This document shows, one piece after another, positions 27,403 through 42,529 of a stretch of 64,000 nt of DNA (positions are counted from its first letter, which is position 1; every line of letters starts with the position of its first letter). Source of the stretch: Eledone cirrhosa (taxonomy: Eukaryota); the NCBI GenBank assembly GCA_964016885.1, contig OZ024740.1, forward strand, positions 213,528,001 through 213,592,000, read 5' to 3'. Made by a program: the position numbers and the translations under genes. The notes beneath the pieces are model-generated. The model saw nothing but the letters and a program-made list of their open reading frames with translations. It was not told the origin of the DNA and did no database searches.

Positions 27403-28909
27403 TGAATTAAAATAGATTAATCAATGAGTTGATAAAACTGAACTCCGAGATGATATAAACCCATAAGATACGGACTAAGAAAGTATAAATTTATTCAATT
27501 ATTCAACTATTATTTGTTCTTCTAACATTTTATTCACTGAGTAAACTTACAGTTTTATTGTATTAACTTTTACTTTCATTAATTCAATCTAAATTGGGCA
27601 TTTTTCTTGCTATTTTGTTGCAGAATTCTTAATTCGCTGTTGAGCTCTTTTAAGCAGTCTTACTTCACTCAACATTAATTATTTTTTTGTGTTGGGGTTC
27701 TACAATCTATACAATAGGAATCAAGTTATTTGTATTCCCAGACTTCTGTCATTCCATTTAAAGATTCAATTACTACATTAATGAAGAAACCAGAACCAAC
27801 TTTAACAGTAACAATATAACACTATTCTCATCTGGGCACGATTGTTGTCAGACTTGATATTGAGATTCTTTCCAAAGTTTCTCAAAAGGGTTCCTTCTTG
27901 ATTAGTTATTTTTACGTCTTATTTTCATCAAAATTAAGACTGCTTTATCGTTTTGTTTGATAAATGGTCTATAAATTCTTATTAAATATATTTTCTCAGG
28001 TGTATGACTACCATTGCTTTTATTCCTTTTTGCTAATTAACATAATTACTACAATTATCAAATCACCCTGGCTTTCTTGAACCTGCAGGATCATCAGGCC
28101 ACAGCTCAATCCAGTATGTGGTATTAAGAAGAATACATGACTCCTTTTGACAGAACAGCAGTTCACTGTAACTTTAATCCCTAGCTGCTGCTGGTACTCA
28201 TTTTTCCCATTTGAATGATCTGGAGTTGTGTAAAATGAATTGCCTTGTTCAATGACACATGCTTCCCAACTCAAGGATCATATTGAAGTTTGTGAGATAG
28301 CCCAATACACTTATATCCATGATTGTGAGATCTAACCATTAAGCTGCATGACTTCATATATTTGATACTAGACAACACTTCTTCGCGTCTCCCTCACCAT
28401 TCTCCAGGGAAATGCCTTCTCTATTCTGTCCATGGGCTGGCCAGCACATTGGCTCCCATCTGAATATAATAGTGAGAGCTGGAGGCAGTGAGTAAAAGAG
28501 AGAGAACATCACACATCTTTCTGTCTATCTATCTATCTTAATACTGTTATATTGCTGGTTATTACAAATTTGTTTGTGTGAAGTTAGGAAACAAAAGTTG
28601 ATTCAGCTACAATATATTACTTGTGCTTATTGTCCAAGTAGTTTGTGTACCAATCTAGATATATCTACTCTCAAGTGCCAAATCACACAAATAATATCTT
28701 TACAATATACTAATAATGATTGTTGCAGAAACTCTTTCAATTTTGTTTTCCCCATGTGTTATTCAATGTTTTCTTTTATATTTCCAGTATACAATTAGCG
28801 GACATCTTGATTTCATTTCTTTGTGGTTTCCTACCAATCTCTCAAGCTGTCGTCCCCGCCATCATCACAAGCACTGGACCAAGATCCTACTGCCAGTGAC
28901 CACACCAGG

Positions 28910-28987
28910 ATGGCAGTCTCCCGGGTGCCGACACCTCCACCACCGGAGATGTCATGCCCTGTGGCAGAAAATTGGTGTTATACACAG
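28910..28987 (+). CDS. SPOP: SPOP coding exon 1 (MAVSRVPTPPPPEMSCPVAENWCYTQ)
   Basis: Matches the SPOP N-terminus; GT donor at 28988; likely acceptor tttccag ending 28787. Confidence 0.93.
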
Positions 28988-30414
28988 GTATCTCTCTTCC
29001 TTTCTTATTAGTGCATATTTTTATAAAAAAGAAACCAATGATATTAAAAGGTAATGTTGGCTTAGTTGTTACAGTTTGATTGAGCCTGTTTCTTCAGAGT
29101 TACTACCCTTCTAGCTGGGTTGGAGACCACATTTCTCTCATATGTTCTATTTTTTGGCATAGCTTCTAATGCTGGATGACCTTCCTAACTCCAACCATTT
29201 TATCATGGCACCAGCACCAGAAAATTTGCTATGTCCTCAACGAGCCTTCTAAAGAAACCTCTCTACTACTTATGTGGTCTCTGATTCAATTGTTCAATTC
29301 AGAGTATTAGTTATATTTTGTTGTGGTACCAACACTAGAAAGGTACTTCACCCTTACATGGAAAAATAGTCCTCTGTCTTATATATTTTGATTTTCATTG
29401 CTATATAATGAACCTTATATAAAAAGTCTTATTTTCCAATATAAATTCAATAACTTGAACAAAGTTGAGCTATGAAAGTGTTCAAGAATTTAAAGCAGCA
29501 AGTTATTTTTTGTCTGGTTGCGCATAAAGTGTATGTGAAAAACTGTCTTCGTATTGATAACATTGCAGTTAATGCAGTGTTGGACACAGCTATAAATGGG
29601 ATGGAGTTGTCAATAGCATTTCCTATGTTAACTTTAACACTTTTGAGGAATTAGGAAAGTGGGTACATTTCATTAAAGGTTTTTATTTGAAAAATATGTC
29701 ATGCATTGAAAATGAAATGAAGTTTACTGCTCACACCTCTGCAGATTAGCTTATTCAAGGTTTCTCATAGTTTTATCATGAAATGAAGCATCTCACTGAA
29801 GAACATAACATGCTGCCCAATCCAGGAATTAAACCCCTGACCTTATGATCATGAGTCCAACCCCCTAACCACTAGGCCAGAAGACGTCAGCCATTTGATA
29901 TTAACAACCCAATGATCTTTTCAATTTCCTTTTTAGAAATAGAAATTTTAAGGTGTTTGAGTGGAAGAGCCCACAAGATGCAAGGAATTTTATGCTTATT
30001 TTGCCAAAGGCTCATCTTTGGACTAGTTATATTTAGATATTTGGTGCTAACAGAAATACTTATGATATTTTTGTGTGATCTTCATTAGCTACTTCATACG
30101 ATTTTATCTAAATATGAGTAGGTAGTTTGCAAGTTATTCAGATAGATAATTCTGATCATCTCTCATTGAAAACATGCAACTGTGTTTGTAAGGTGAAGTG
30201 GAAGTCTTGTATACTGATACAGTTGTCCCAAAACTTGTAAAGCACTAAGTCAGTTATCCCCAGTGGCACTTGGTAGTAGGCATGCTTTGTGTTGACCTTG
30301 TTAAAATATGTATGTTGTGATAGGTGCTGGAAAAACATCACAAAAGGTTGTTAGTGGAAATCTGTGACAAGATCTCCTTTGTTATTTTCATTTTTAGTTA
30401 ATATGTCTTAAGAT

Positions 30415-30790
30415 TTGAAAGAATACAATCGCGAATACAAGTAGTCGAAATGGGGTTCCTCTGGTATTCTTCGGAATAACGTTACTTGATAGTGTAGCTC
30501 GGAGATCAGAGAGTCATTCCAGGTAGATTTGCTATTGAAAGATCACAGCTCTGATATGGGCATGTGGTTAGAATGTCTCAGGAAAGAATCACTGGACAGA
30601 TCTTATAGGCAACCAGCAGGAGACCCAGAGGTAAACTCCGAACAAGATGGTTGGATAACATCCATGAGCTTGACTGGTCTCGCTTGGGGGTCCAGTCAGA
30701 TTAGTTGGAGATGGTTGCTTCTAACACTGGAAGGAGTGTTTAAGGACTCTGTCCCCATGTCCCTCTCAGGAGTAAGAGGGAGAAGCAGAT
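30415..30790 (+). mobile_element. Decayed 3' end of the third RTE-like family
   Basis: Homologous to 60630-61020. Confidence 0.75.
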
Positions 30791-31170
30791 GTCTTAAGCT
30801 CTCCACAGTGATTTACTGGGTTCAATGGTATTTTTTTGGTGTAAGTAATTTAGATCTTGGCATAGAATTTACAATCATTAACAAAGTACCTTTGAGTAAA
30901 TATAGCAGTTTTTGATTTAGAGTTAAATTAGAGAAGGATATAATTGATGGAATGTTGAGGCAAGCAACATTAACATTACAAGAGGAGTTTCTGAGCCATT
31001 AAATAGCAAAGAAGAATGTTGTGACATTGAGCTCTGTCTTAGTATTATGAACAGAAGCATTAACAATGATTACTGCTGTTAAAGTTTTTCTACATGTTTT
31101 TGCTTCATAAACTGAACTGTGTTGATTCCATCACACCATTACCTCTAAATAACTTAATAACTGTTAGCAC

Positions 31171-32395
31171 CAAATAAATTCCAAACCTGGAAGCAGGGAC
31201 TAGAGAGAAAGGGCCTCAAAGTCAACATGACAAAGACTAAGGTCCTTGTAAGTAGACGAGAAAACAGAACCCAGATCCCCTCAGGGAAATGGCCTTGCTC
31301 AGTATGTAGGAAAGGTGTAGGTAGGAACTCCATTCTCTGCCCCAAATGCAAACAATGGGTACACAAGAGATGTAGCGGGATCTCAGGAAGCTTAATTAAG
31401 AATGTAGGATTCACATGCAGCAGCTGTGCTGAAACAGCAAGCAAACAGCCACAGGAAACAAGTACCACCAATCTCTGGGAGGGCCCTGTAGAAACAGTAG
31501 ACAGCTTCTGCTACCTAGGTGACCGAATTAGCAACGGAGGTGGGTGCTCAGAAAGTACAATAACTAGGGTAAGAACGGGATGGAAGAAGTTTAGGGAACT
31601 ACTACCACTGCTAGCTGCAAAAGGCTTCTCCCTCAGAATGAAAGGCAGACTGTATGATGCGTGTATCCGAACAGCGATGTTGCATGGTAGTGAGACCTGG
31701 GCGCTGAAGGTGGAAGACTTACGTAGATTAGAGAGAAACGAAGCCTGCATGCTCCGATGGATGTGTAACAGTAATATACGTGAACGACAAAGCATAAAGG
31801 AATTGAGAGAGAGACTGAGCATAAGAGGAATCAAATGCTGCGTGCAGGAGAGGCGGTTACGCTGGTATGGACATGTGATGCGTATGAAGGATGACAGCTG
31901 CATAAAAAGGTGCAGAGCACTAGAAGTTGATGGAAATCGCGGAGTGGGGAGACCCAAGATGACTTGGGATGAGGTGATAAAAGCCGACCTTACCCAACTA
32001 CACCTCTCAAAGACAATGACACACGACCGTGACTTCTGGCGTCACGCAGTAATACAGGGTACCCGACCTCCCATGGGTACATGCTGAAGCATATAAACAA
32101 TATGCCCCCACTCCCCCCACCGCAAGGTGGTCGTGGAGGTGCCACGGCAAAAAAGCACTCAGCCCACACTGTAAAGTGGACGTGTAGGCGCCACGAAAAA
32201 GCACCCAGCACTCACTGTAAATGAGGTTGGTGTTAGGAAGGGCATCCAGCTGTAGAAATCAAGCCAGATCAGTTCCTGTATGAGCAAGGCATGGTCAGCC
32301 GACCAGACACTGCCCACAACAGGACAACCCGTCTAACCCATGCTAGCGTGGAAGAACGGACGTAAAACGGTGATGATGATGATGATGATGATGAT
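31171..32395 (+). mobile_element. Young 5'-truncated RTE LINE in a SPOP intron
   Basis: Uninterrupted 286-aa RT C-terminal ORF with finger, 3' UTR and (ATG)n tail. Confidence 0.93.
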
Positions 32396-34417
32396 ATCAC
32401 TTAGTAATATTAACTTGGATTATTTTATCAGTTTCCACTGTCAAAGTTTGTATAGATGGATGGTTGATTACAACATTAACACAACACATATGTTCAAATA
32501 AAGCCATTGTGTTGGAGATGGCTTTACCTGCTTTATATTGGCATTCTAAGTATTTAATACATGATGTACACACCTGAGAAGAATGACCCTTTTTCTTACA
32601 CATGACATCTAGCAGGACATTGTCTGTACTCTTCCTACACACAAAATATAACTTCTTCTGAAATATATTTCTGTTTAGTGCCCTCCTCTGTAACAATAGT
32701 AATGTTTACAAATAGATCTTATAAACACTGGCTTTTTTTCAGCAGCGAGTCCAAACAACCTGCTTTATGGAACTACTGTTTGCAAATCTAGCATTTTATT
32801 CTTGAGTAGTCATGAATGTTATTCCAGAAATAAAAGCATCCATTATTAAATTTGTATATAGTTTTGATGACACTGCTATAAAGTGAAATTTTTAGCCAGT
32901 TTTAAGAATTGAAGGAATCGATTCAGGGATTCAGTTGGGTGTTGTTTGCAAGTATTTAGTTGTAAAATCCTTATTTACTGATTTGTGTGATTTTTAGGCA
33001 ATTTATTACCATCACCACCGTTTAATATCTATTTTTCCACACTAGTATGGGTTAGATACATTGTTCCATTGAGATAAGTCAGATCAGGTGATTGTGTTTT
33101 GCTTACACAGAACTGTTTCTGGCTTGGTTTCTATGGCTGGACGCCCTTCCTAACACCAACCACATTTGCAATGTGGACTGGGTGCTTTTTATGGTGGCAC
33201 CAAGACAACCACGTTTACAATGTGGACTGGTCCTTTTTATGGTGGTAACAAGACAACCACTTTATAGTGTGGACTGGGTGCTTTTTATGGTGGCACCAAG
33301 ACAACCTCTTTACAGTGTAGACTGGGTTCTTTTTATGGTGGCACCAAGACAACCACGTAACAGTGTGGACTGGGTTGTGAAATACAAAATTTACAATTAT
33401 GAAACTTTTTTGCGGTTGTTAGAGCAAAAATATAACAGTTGTAGTTTCATATTAGTTTTTCTTTTATTTTGAACTGTTTATTTGAGATTCTCAAATGTTT
33501 CTGTAAATTTGTGGCAGTTGCTTACCATTGGAAATAAAATAAAAAGGAATCCTAAATCTTGGTGTATCTTTAGTTACCTCTAATGACATGCACAGATATG
33601 GTGTCATCATCATCATTTTTACGTCTGTTTTTCCATGTTTGCAAGGGTTGGTTGGGGCCTTTTCAACATAGCATCTCTTTTCTCATTACATGGGTTGATT
33701 GGGGCTTTTTCAGCATAGCATCTTGCTACTTGTTGCATACCTTCATCATCTCCACTAAGTTTTAGCGATTTGAGATCAGCTCTTACCACCTCCTCCCAGG
33801 TCTTGCTTGGTCTTCCTTCACTGGGATTTTCTGGCACTTTGCCCAGCAATCATCATGCATGCGCATCACATGTTTGTACCAACACAGTCTTTTCTCTTGC
33901 ATGCCACTTAAGATTCCTTTTAAACCCTACTAACTTGGATATACACACACACACAATTCAGGCTGTATTAATTATGCCTAGAGAGCCAATCTCAAATATT
34001 TTTAGGATTAAATGTATTACAACTGTGTTTTTTATGAAATTTATTTTAGATTGGCTCTCTAATCTGTATTACTTGTTCACCAACCTTTTGAGCCAAACAA
34101 TAGAGCTTCTACACTCACTTGACCGACTGGAAAGAGACAAATTTCCCTCAAATCACAATATGCCTTCTTAAAAGGAAGGAAACATTAAATATAATCTTAG
34201 ATATACTATGTCTGGAAAAAGATAGGAAGATAATGGCTAGAATAGAGAAAAGATTCTTGTTATTATGACTGAAAAGAAGGGCAGCATCCATTACTTTTAT
34301 CAACATCTCAGGAGTTTGTTAGAAGGAAGATTTTCCTAGACTTGCAACAGTGTACTACACTAAAGGCAGCTAAAGCTGGGTGATGGTCTTAAATAACAAT
34401 CCTGGTATTATATATAT

Positions 34418-35038
34418 CATCATCATCATCATCATCAACGTTTAACGTCCGTGTTCCACGCTTGCATGGGTTTGGACGGGGGTAGTCCCACTTGAGGCAA
34501 GAGTGATTGTCTTGCTCGCATAGGACTGTCTGGCAGGTTTTCTACAGTTGGATGCCCTTCCTAACACCAACCACATTTACAGTGTGGGTCTGGGAGGTTT
34601 TTACCGTGTTGCCTACACGGCCACATTACAGCGTGGACTGTGTGTTTTTTTGTCGTGACACCTACACGATCTCATTTGTTTCGGCCTGGATGGCGCGGCA
34701 CCAACATAACTTTACATAGAATGGGGTGGGGTGGGGGTGGTGGGACGGGGTGTATTTTGTTAGAGATGCCTACTGGCTGGAGTAGGTTTTACTATATATT
34801 TAGGTAAGGCGGGTCTTCTCTGTTACTGAGTACCGCCAAAGGTCTCGGTCCAGTGACATTGTCTTGGAGAGGTGTAAGTGTGTGATGTCGGACTTTATCA
34901 GCTCGTCCCAGGTTTTTCTAGGTCTGCCTATTCCGTGACTACCGTCTATCTTTATTGCCCTGCACTTTGTTATACAGGTATCGACTTTCATGCGCATCAC
35001 GTGTCCGTACCAACGTAGCCTTCTCTTGAGTAAACAAC

Positions 35039-35040
<2 letters not shown>
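34418..35040 (-). mobile_element. RTE 3' fragment antisense to SPOP
   Basis: Reverse complement closely matches 12081-12720. Confidence 0.9.
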
Positions 35041-35076
<36 letters not shown>

Positions 35077-35723
35077 CTGTTCTTCCGCATAACAGAGTCA
35101 TCCAGTTCTACACTGTAAATGTGGTTGGTGTTAGGAAGGGCATCCAGCTATAAAATACCCGGTCAAATTTACAGTTCTCGTCGGAGCAAGGTGTGGCATG
35201 GCCAACTCTGACCCAGACTTGCCTCCTGGCGTGGATGACTTGTCTAACTCATATAAACATGGAAAAGTGGATGCTAAACGGTGATGATGATAATATATAA
35301 AATCATGAAGTACAAATCAACAGGTTATAATTTACTTTATTTATTCATAATCGCTGTTATATATATTTTGGAGATAACTGTTATGCAACAGTTATGACCT
35401 CATCAGATAGTTAAAAGTTGAACTGAAAAACATGGACATATAAATTAACCCTGTTGTTTCGATTCATTGATATGTCCCGGGTGAGCTATTTGGAGTTACT
35501 CTCTCAAAGCACTGGTCGGTGATCAACTAACACATACTTTAATTGATAGTTTTATATATATATATATCTATATATTTAGCAGTAGAGTTTTAGGAAACTT
35601 CCTCTTTCATTCAACTTGTGAAATGTACCTAACTAAGCATTTTAGAGAGTATTGTTGTTTTTTGTCAGTATACCCAGTTTTATTATTTCATTTGTATTGT
35701 TTTATTTCTTGAGGAAATGTTAA

Positions 35724-36005
<282 letters not shown>

Positions 36006-36153
36006 TAAATGTCAGTTATTTGTGTATTATTATTTAAGCATATCAAATAAAAAAACTAAGAAATTTTTTAGTTAATATGAAATTATAAGGTTTAAGGTTA
36101 CACTGCTAATATTTTTTATATTGACTAAAAATGCATTTTTAAATATTTTTCAG

Positions 36154-36305
36154 GTGTTTACGGGTTAATCCTAAAGGGCTTGATGAAGAAAGTAAAGATT
36201 ATCTTTCTTTATATTTATTATTAGTTTCTTGCAACAAAAGTGAAGTTAGGGCTAAATTTAAATTCTCTATTTTAAATGCCAAAAGAGAAGAAACTAAAGC
36301 TATGG
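36154..36305 (+). CDS. SPOP: SPOP coding exon 3 (MATH)
   Basis: [50 protein letters not shown]; 152 nt. Confidence 0.97.
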
Positions 36306-36571
36306 GTAAGTGGTCTTGCTATTTTTTACCATTACCAATTTATAAGATTGCATTTCTTTGTTTTGACAAGAAAGGACATTTATTTAAATATACTTCTCAT
36401 ATTTGATGAATTTTACTATTTTTTTAGGTATATTGTTGTTGGTTCTGTGAAATGTTCCTCATACAGCAATCAATATTTGATGCTTTGGAACTGATAATAC
36501 TTGTCGGATAATGAGAAATATTTCATTTTTATTATATTCACACAGTAATTTCTCATGTCTCTTCCTATTAA

Positions 36572-36811
<240 letters not shown>

Positions 36812-37107
36812 TAAATACTTAAAATTAATTTACAACTAAAATATTTGAGCATAGTTTTCATTTTCTAATAGAATAGAAATGACATTTTAAAATTTTAATT
36901 ACAGTACCATATTTATTAAATTATTTTCTTTCAAATTCTTTACTGATGTTCAAATATTCTATACAATTTCATTTTGGTTTTCTTCACTTTAATTTATTAA
37001 CTTAAATATTTGATATTGGTCAAATCTTTTATTCTTAAATTAGAAAAACTTAATTGAAGATTATTGACTTTTGTTTTTCACATGCCAATAATATTGTTTA
37101 ATTAGTG

Positions 37108-37590
37108 CCACTTGCCCACATAATAGAACCACTTGCCTACCTAATAGTACCATTTGCCCACATAATAGTGGCATTTGCTCACATGATAGTACCACTTGCC
37201 CACATAAATAGTACCACTTGCCCACATAAATAGTACCACTTGCCCACATAATAGTACCATTTGCCTACATAATAGTACCACTTGCCCACATGATATTACC
37301 ACTTGCCTACATGATAGTGACACTTTCCTACATGATAGTAACACTTGCCCACATAATAATGCCATTTGCTCACATGATAGTACCACTTGCCCACATAAAT
37401 AGTAGCACTTGTCCACATAAATAGTAGCACTTGTCCACCTAATACTATCATTTACCCACATAAATAGTACCACTTGCCCACATAATAGTACCACTTGCCC
37501 ACATGATATTACTACTTGCCTACATAATAGTGCCACTTGCCCACATAATAGTACCACTTGCCCACATAATAGTACCACTTGCCCACATAA
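37108..37590. repeat. Intronic ~21-bp minisatellite
   Basis: Unit cataatagtaccacttgccca, about 22 variant copies. Confidence 0.92.
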
Positions 37591-37715
37591 TCTTAAAATA
37601 TGTTAGAATATGATAATTTCTATATTTGGGTGATTGCTGGCAATGTAAGAAATAATGTTTTTATCTTTTATTCTTTTTAAACTCAATTTCCTTAAAAAAC
37701 AACCCTTTCTTCCAG

Positions 37716-37893
37716 GTGAGTGTAGTTGGGGATACAGTAAACGTCTCTGGACAAAGTAATTGTACACCTGTAAAAGTACCTGACTGTCGACTCAGTGACG
37801 ACTTGGGTGGTTTATTTGAACGGTCTTCTTTTAGTGATGTTACGTTATGTGTTGGCGGCCGAGAGTTTCAAGCGCATAAAGCTATTTTGGCAG
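37716..37893 (+). CDS. SPOP: SPOP coding exon 5 (BTB start)
   Basis: [13 protein letters not shown]...[21 protein letters not shown]; 178 nt. Confidence 0.97.
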
Positions 37894-38604
37894 GTAAGTA
37901 ATCTACTTTTCCTGAATTATTATTATTAGACTTTTTGGCAGGTGATTGAGCTGATTTTGTGATACACCTTGTGACAATACCTGTCTACTCTGGTGGGATT
38001 AGTGGAATTGTTTGAACATCAGAAGAGATATCTAGCAGTATTCTGGCTCTTTGTGTTCTGAGTTCAAATCTTGCTGTAGCCTACTTGTGTCAGACTTAAT
38101 CTGTTGCCAGAACACCACCTCCTAGTCAATCATTAGTGGAGCTCATTTTCTTGCAAGTATTTGTCCCTGGTCTCCAATTTGAGGATATTTTTCTCCTTTA
38201 ACTAAATAGTAAAAAAATATACTGTATGTACTTGAATATAAGCCAATATGAATATACCCCCTCTCCTGTTTTATGTCTGAGAAATGGGTAAAAATCCCAA
38301 ACTTATTTATGTAGAATTTGAAGTTGTTGAAAATAGTCAAAATATTGACCCCTGACTATAAAACCCTCTTCCCCCTACCCACTATTGATTTTTTTCGTCA
38401 CATATTCCTTGGTTTATATTGTGTATATACGATAAGTAGGAATTTTTTTATTACTTTATAATGGCGTGGGATTTTATTAATTTTTTTCTTTTCTTAATGA
38501 AGCATTTTGATATTTGTTCAAACTGTATTTATTTGGTGCTGTCATTTTTAAGCATTTCAACTTATATGATTGATTTTTAATATAGAATTGTTTGTATTTT
38601 TCAG

Positions 38605-38660
38605 CCCGTTCCCCTGTATTTAATGCAATGTTTGAACATGAAATGGAAGAAAGAAAACAG
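38605..38660 (+). CDS. SPOP: SPOP coding exon 6 (BTB)
   Basis: ARSPVFNAMFEHEMEERKQ; 56 nt; tcag/gtaa boundaries. Confidence 0.96.
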
Positions 38661-38774
38661 GTAAATGCTAAAATAATAATCTTTATTAAACTGTTACATT
38701 ATATATTGGTTGTGATGTTAAGGCACTAGACCAGCGTTCCTCTGCATATTTTGTTTCATCCAATACACATGGGA

Positions 38775-40595
38775 AGGTGGGTCTTCTGCAGTACAGCATA
38801 GCACCTGAAATCTAAATCCTATATCATTTCTTTTGCAAGGTTTAATTGGGCAAGGTTAGCTTTTATCACTTCATCCATAGCTTTCTTAGGTCTTCTTCCT
38901 CTTCTATAGTTTCAGTCAACTTTGAGTGCCCTGCATCTTCTCAATACAGCTGTCATCCTCCTGTACACTGTATTTGACTCCTCTTATACCCAGTTTCTCT
39001 CTTTGTTCATTGAAGCTTCACTGTTCATGCACTATTACATTCTTTGTTAGTCTGTCTGAGATCCCACTACATCTTTTGTGTACCCATAGTTTGCATTTGG
39101 GACCTAGTATTGGATTTCTATCCACTTTCCAGCACACTGAGCACTGCCATTTCCCTGAAGGTATCTGGGTGTTGTTTTCCTTTCTACTTACTAGGACTTT
39201 GGTCTTTTCAAGTTGATTTTAAGACTTCTTACTTCCAAGCTATGCTCCCAGGTTTGGAATTTCTTCTCTAATTCTACCATAGATTTGCATATAGGAGTTC
39301 TCAAGGGCAGCCAGTCTTAAACTCTTCCATTATAGCCTACAGGATGATAATAAACAGGTGAGGACTAAAAATAGAGCCCTGATGGACCACTACTTGCATG
39401 CTAAATTCCTCACTATAATCATTATTAATTTAAACCTTGCTGACTGCTCCTCTGTACATGGCTTGTACCCTCACAAGCCACTCATCTAACCCTAGTTTCC
39501 TAAAAGACCACCAGATTATGGAACTCTGTCAAATGCTTTCTCCAGATCTACAAATGTCAAAAAGAGGGGTTTACTTTTAGCTAGGTACTTTTCTTGCAGT
39601 TGCCTCACAAGAAAGAGGGCATTAGTGGTACTTTTACCTGGCATAAATCCAAACTGCATTTCATCTCTGTCCTTAATCAATTGTGAAATAAATCTGTAAC
39701 CTTCATTACCTGACCCATCAACTTGGTGCCCCTATAGTTTCCTATATCTCGAGCATCTCCTTTGTCGTTGTAGCAGTTGATGATGCTGCTACACCAGTCA
39801 TTGGGTTTGACACCATTCTGTATTACTAGGTTTACTATACGGCTGGTTACGGTATGACCCACCATTCTAGATGCTTTCAGCATCTCAGCAAATATCTCCA
39901 ATGGTGCAGCTGGTTTACCTCAGTACCCTTGTATGACTGGTCACTGTTGGGTCCACTTGGGGCAGATGATCTTCCTATGCACTCTCCTCATTCAGCAGTC
40001 TTTTATAATAGCACTTCCATGCTACTTTCTGTTCAAAGTTGGTGAGGGCAAGTGTGCCATTATCATCTCAAACACTTCTCCCCAACACCATAACAATTTT
40101 CCCTGAAGCACTGCTTTGCAATTCTGAACAGCTCACACTGAAAATCATATTTAAATGTTTCTATTTTCTGCTTCTTCCTTTGCAAAGTATACTTGTTGCC
40201 TAGCTTCTTGGTAGTGATCTCTGTTTCCCCCACTTTGCCAATCTTTCCATGCCTGTCTCTTGGTCTTAATTAATCCACTCTACCATTCCACCACCAAATC
40301 ACTCCCCTTCTCCCTGGAGCCCTACTCCAGCTACAGATCTCATTTGTCACCTTCAACAAATTATCTTTCAGGAATTCCCACTGTTCCTCTATATTTTTTA
40401 TCTATTTGCTCTTCTTTACTGTCAAAAGCATCAAGCAAAATACCTCTAAATTTGTTACTGGCTGAGGGCTCCTTCAACTTCTATATCCTTCTCCTCCAGG
40501 TTGCTCTCTGTTTCCAAGTTCATATAGCTCTAACTATAAAGTTGCTAAGTACTAGGTTGTGTTGGGAAGTGCATTCCTCTAAAAAGAGGGAAAGA
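38775..40595 (-). mobile_element. Old, heavily decayed RTE LINE in SPOP intron
   Basis: EMLKAS...DWCSSIINCY.DKGDA.D.GNYRG.KLM, QFGF and GKWQCSVL remnants on the - strand. Confidence 0.85.
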
Positions 40596-42057
40596 CCTTA
40601 AAAAACACTATTTTTCTCCAATAGAGTCATGTCAGTCTTGTCACCTTCAACAGCAAAAACTTAAAGCAATGTTGTATACCTCTCTCTGAACATGTAACTA
40701 AAACCATCAAAGTCACTATAGATATTAGGTTTAACTCTCACTGGTAATGTCACAACCTTGACATAACACTAAACATGTAACTAGAACCATCTATATAGAT
40801 ATAAGGTTTAACTATCACTGGTAATGCCACATCTTCAACATAATAGAAACTACATCACAAAGACCAGTCTTCAACTCCCAAAATATATTGCATGTCTCAA
40901 CAGTCATTTACCCTATACAAAGCTTGAGTGAGTTCTTCAAGGAATACTGCTACGGTATCTGGTATAGTGCTGCTACTACACATTACAGGCATTCTAGACA
41001 GTATCCTCAAACTAAGCAATCAGCTTATTGATGTGAGTTTACTCACCAACATAAACTCTGGCCCAATGATGTGGCCTCCGTTCCTCATTGTTGGCTGATT
41101 TTCTGGCCCTGCCACTCAGGTCCATCTAACTTGTCTCTTCTTTTTCACCATCTGTAGTATCCCACCTTCTCCAGACCCCATGCTAACTACTTAGCCTAGT
41201 TCTTCCTCTTCAGGAAGTCATCTATCTAGAATGCTCTCTTCCCAAAACTATCAACCTCATCAACCTCACTGATCTCAGAAAGTTTGTGAATGTTATAGGC
41301 ACAGCCCATTTTCACCAGACCAAACATTTTTCAGCAAATATTTGGATTGTTGCTTCCTAAATTAGTTTTTGATTTATCTTAAATTATTCATATTCTTGCA
41401 AGTTATAATGGACAACTAAAAGGATGAGTGTTAGGAAGGGTATAAAAAGTCATATAAAATGTTGCAAGTTCTCTTGCTTCAATGTTTGGATATTATTACA
41501 TTGTAACTTCTAATACATAGTTTGTGCAGACTACTACTAACTGAATTCTACATAATTGCACTTGTGAGCCATTTGTTCACATCTCTTTTTCATTTTAAAA
41601 GGAATTTGCTATATTGTATATAAAGTAGTTGGCAATCCCCTGGAGGCAATATAGAGAAGTTTGGCCAAGCATATAACAACCTCTCTAGTTCTGGTGCCAC
41701 AATAAAATACATTCAGTACACTGTGTAAAGTAGTTGGTGGTAGGAAAGGCATCCAGCTGTAGAAGCCATGTCATGTATGGCGTGAATGGGCAAGATGTGG
41801 TACCCTGACAGTCTAGTTTTGAACCATTAACAAGCTGTCTAATCCTTACCTGCATGAAAAGCAGATGTCAAATATGTGCAGTTTACTACAAGCCAGCTTG
41901 GAAGCCTCTACTAAGAATAGCAATCAAATTTCTCTCATCCCACTCTACCATCTAAAAAACAAATGAACAGTCACATTGTATAATGTAAAGGTAGATACAC
42001 TTAAGAACTTACTGATGGGATGGTCATGAGTGGAATATCTTTGATCATCGGGCACCT

Positions 42058-42398
42058 TGTAGCTTACCATATATTCAAAAGTTATATAGCAAAATTTTTC
42101 TTATTTCAATATATATTTAGTGAATTGGTTTATTGGTTTAATCTTCTCCGGAAGATACCACTGGTAACTAACCACTTGAGAAATAAAGATAAAGTAATCC
42201 GGGCATGCAAGATAGAGGTGATATGCTCTGTACATATAGTGTTCAGTTCCGAAGTAGTCGCAAGAGTATAGAGAGCTGCTCGTTAGGACGAGGCCGACAG
42301 CGAATAAGAGAGCGAGAAACACAAGTCTCGTCTCTTTATAATGCCTACGGGAAGTAACTCTAATTAATTCTCTTTTTTTTACCGTAGGGGTCGCTACA
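42058..42398 (-). mobile_element. Probable solo LTR (341 bp)
   Basis: TGTAGC...GCTACA termini; TATAAA followed by AATAAA on the - strand; CpG-rich relative to flanks; no TSD seen. Confidence 0.6.
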
Positions 42399-42529
42399 TA
42401 TATATAACATAGATTATTTTATTGGTTATATATAGTCTAACCCATGCTAGCATGGAAGAACGGACATAAAACGGTGATGACAATGATTGAATATCTGACC
42501 ATGTGTTACTACTCTCATTACAATCGATT

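Noticed and set aside
28070-28100. CTGATGA...GAAA on the - strand
   Set aside because: Stem II is out of register and there is no stem I or NUH junction; likely chance
31227-32087. Domesticated 286-aa gene
   Set aside because: It is the open 3' part of a young truncated LINE, with a near-identical copy at 1-629
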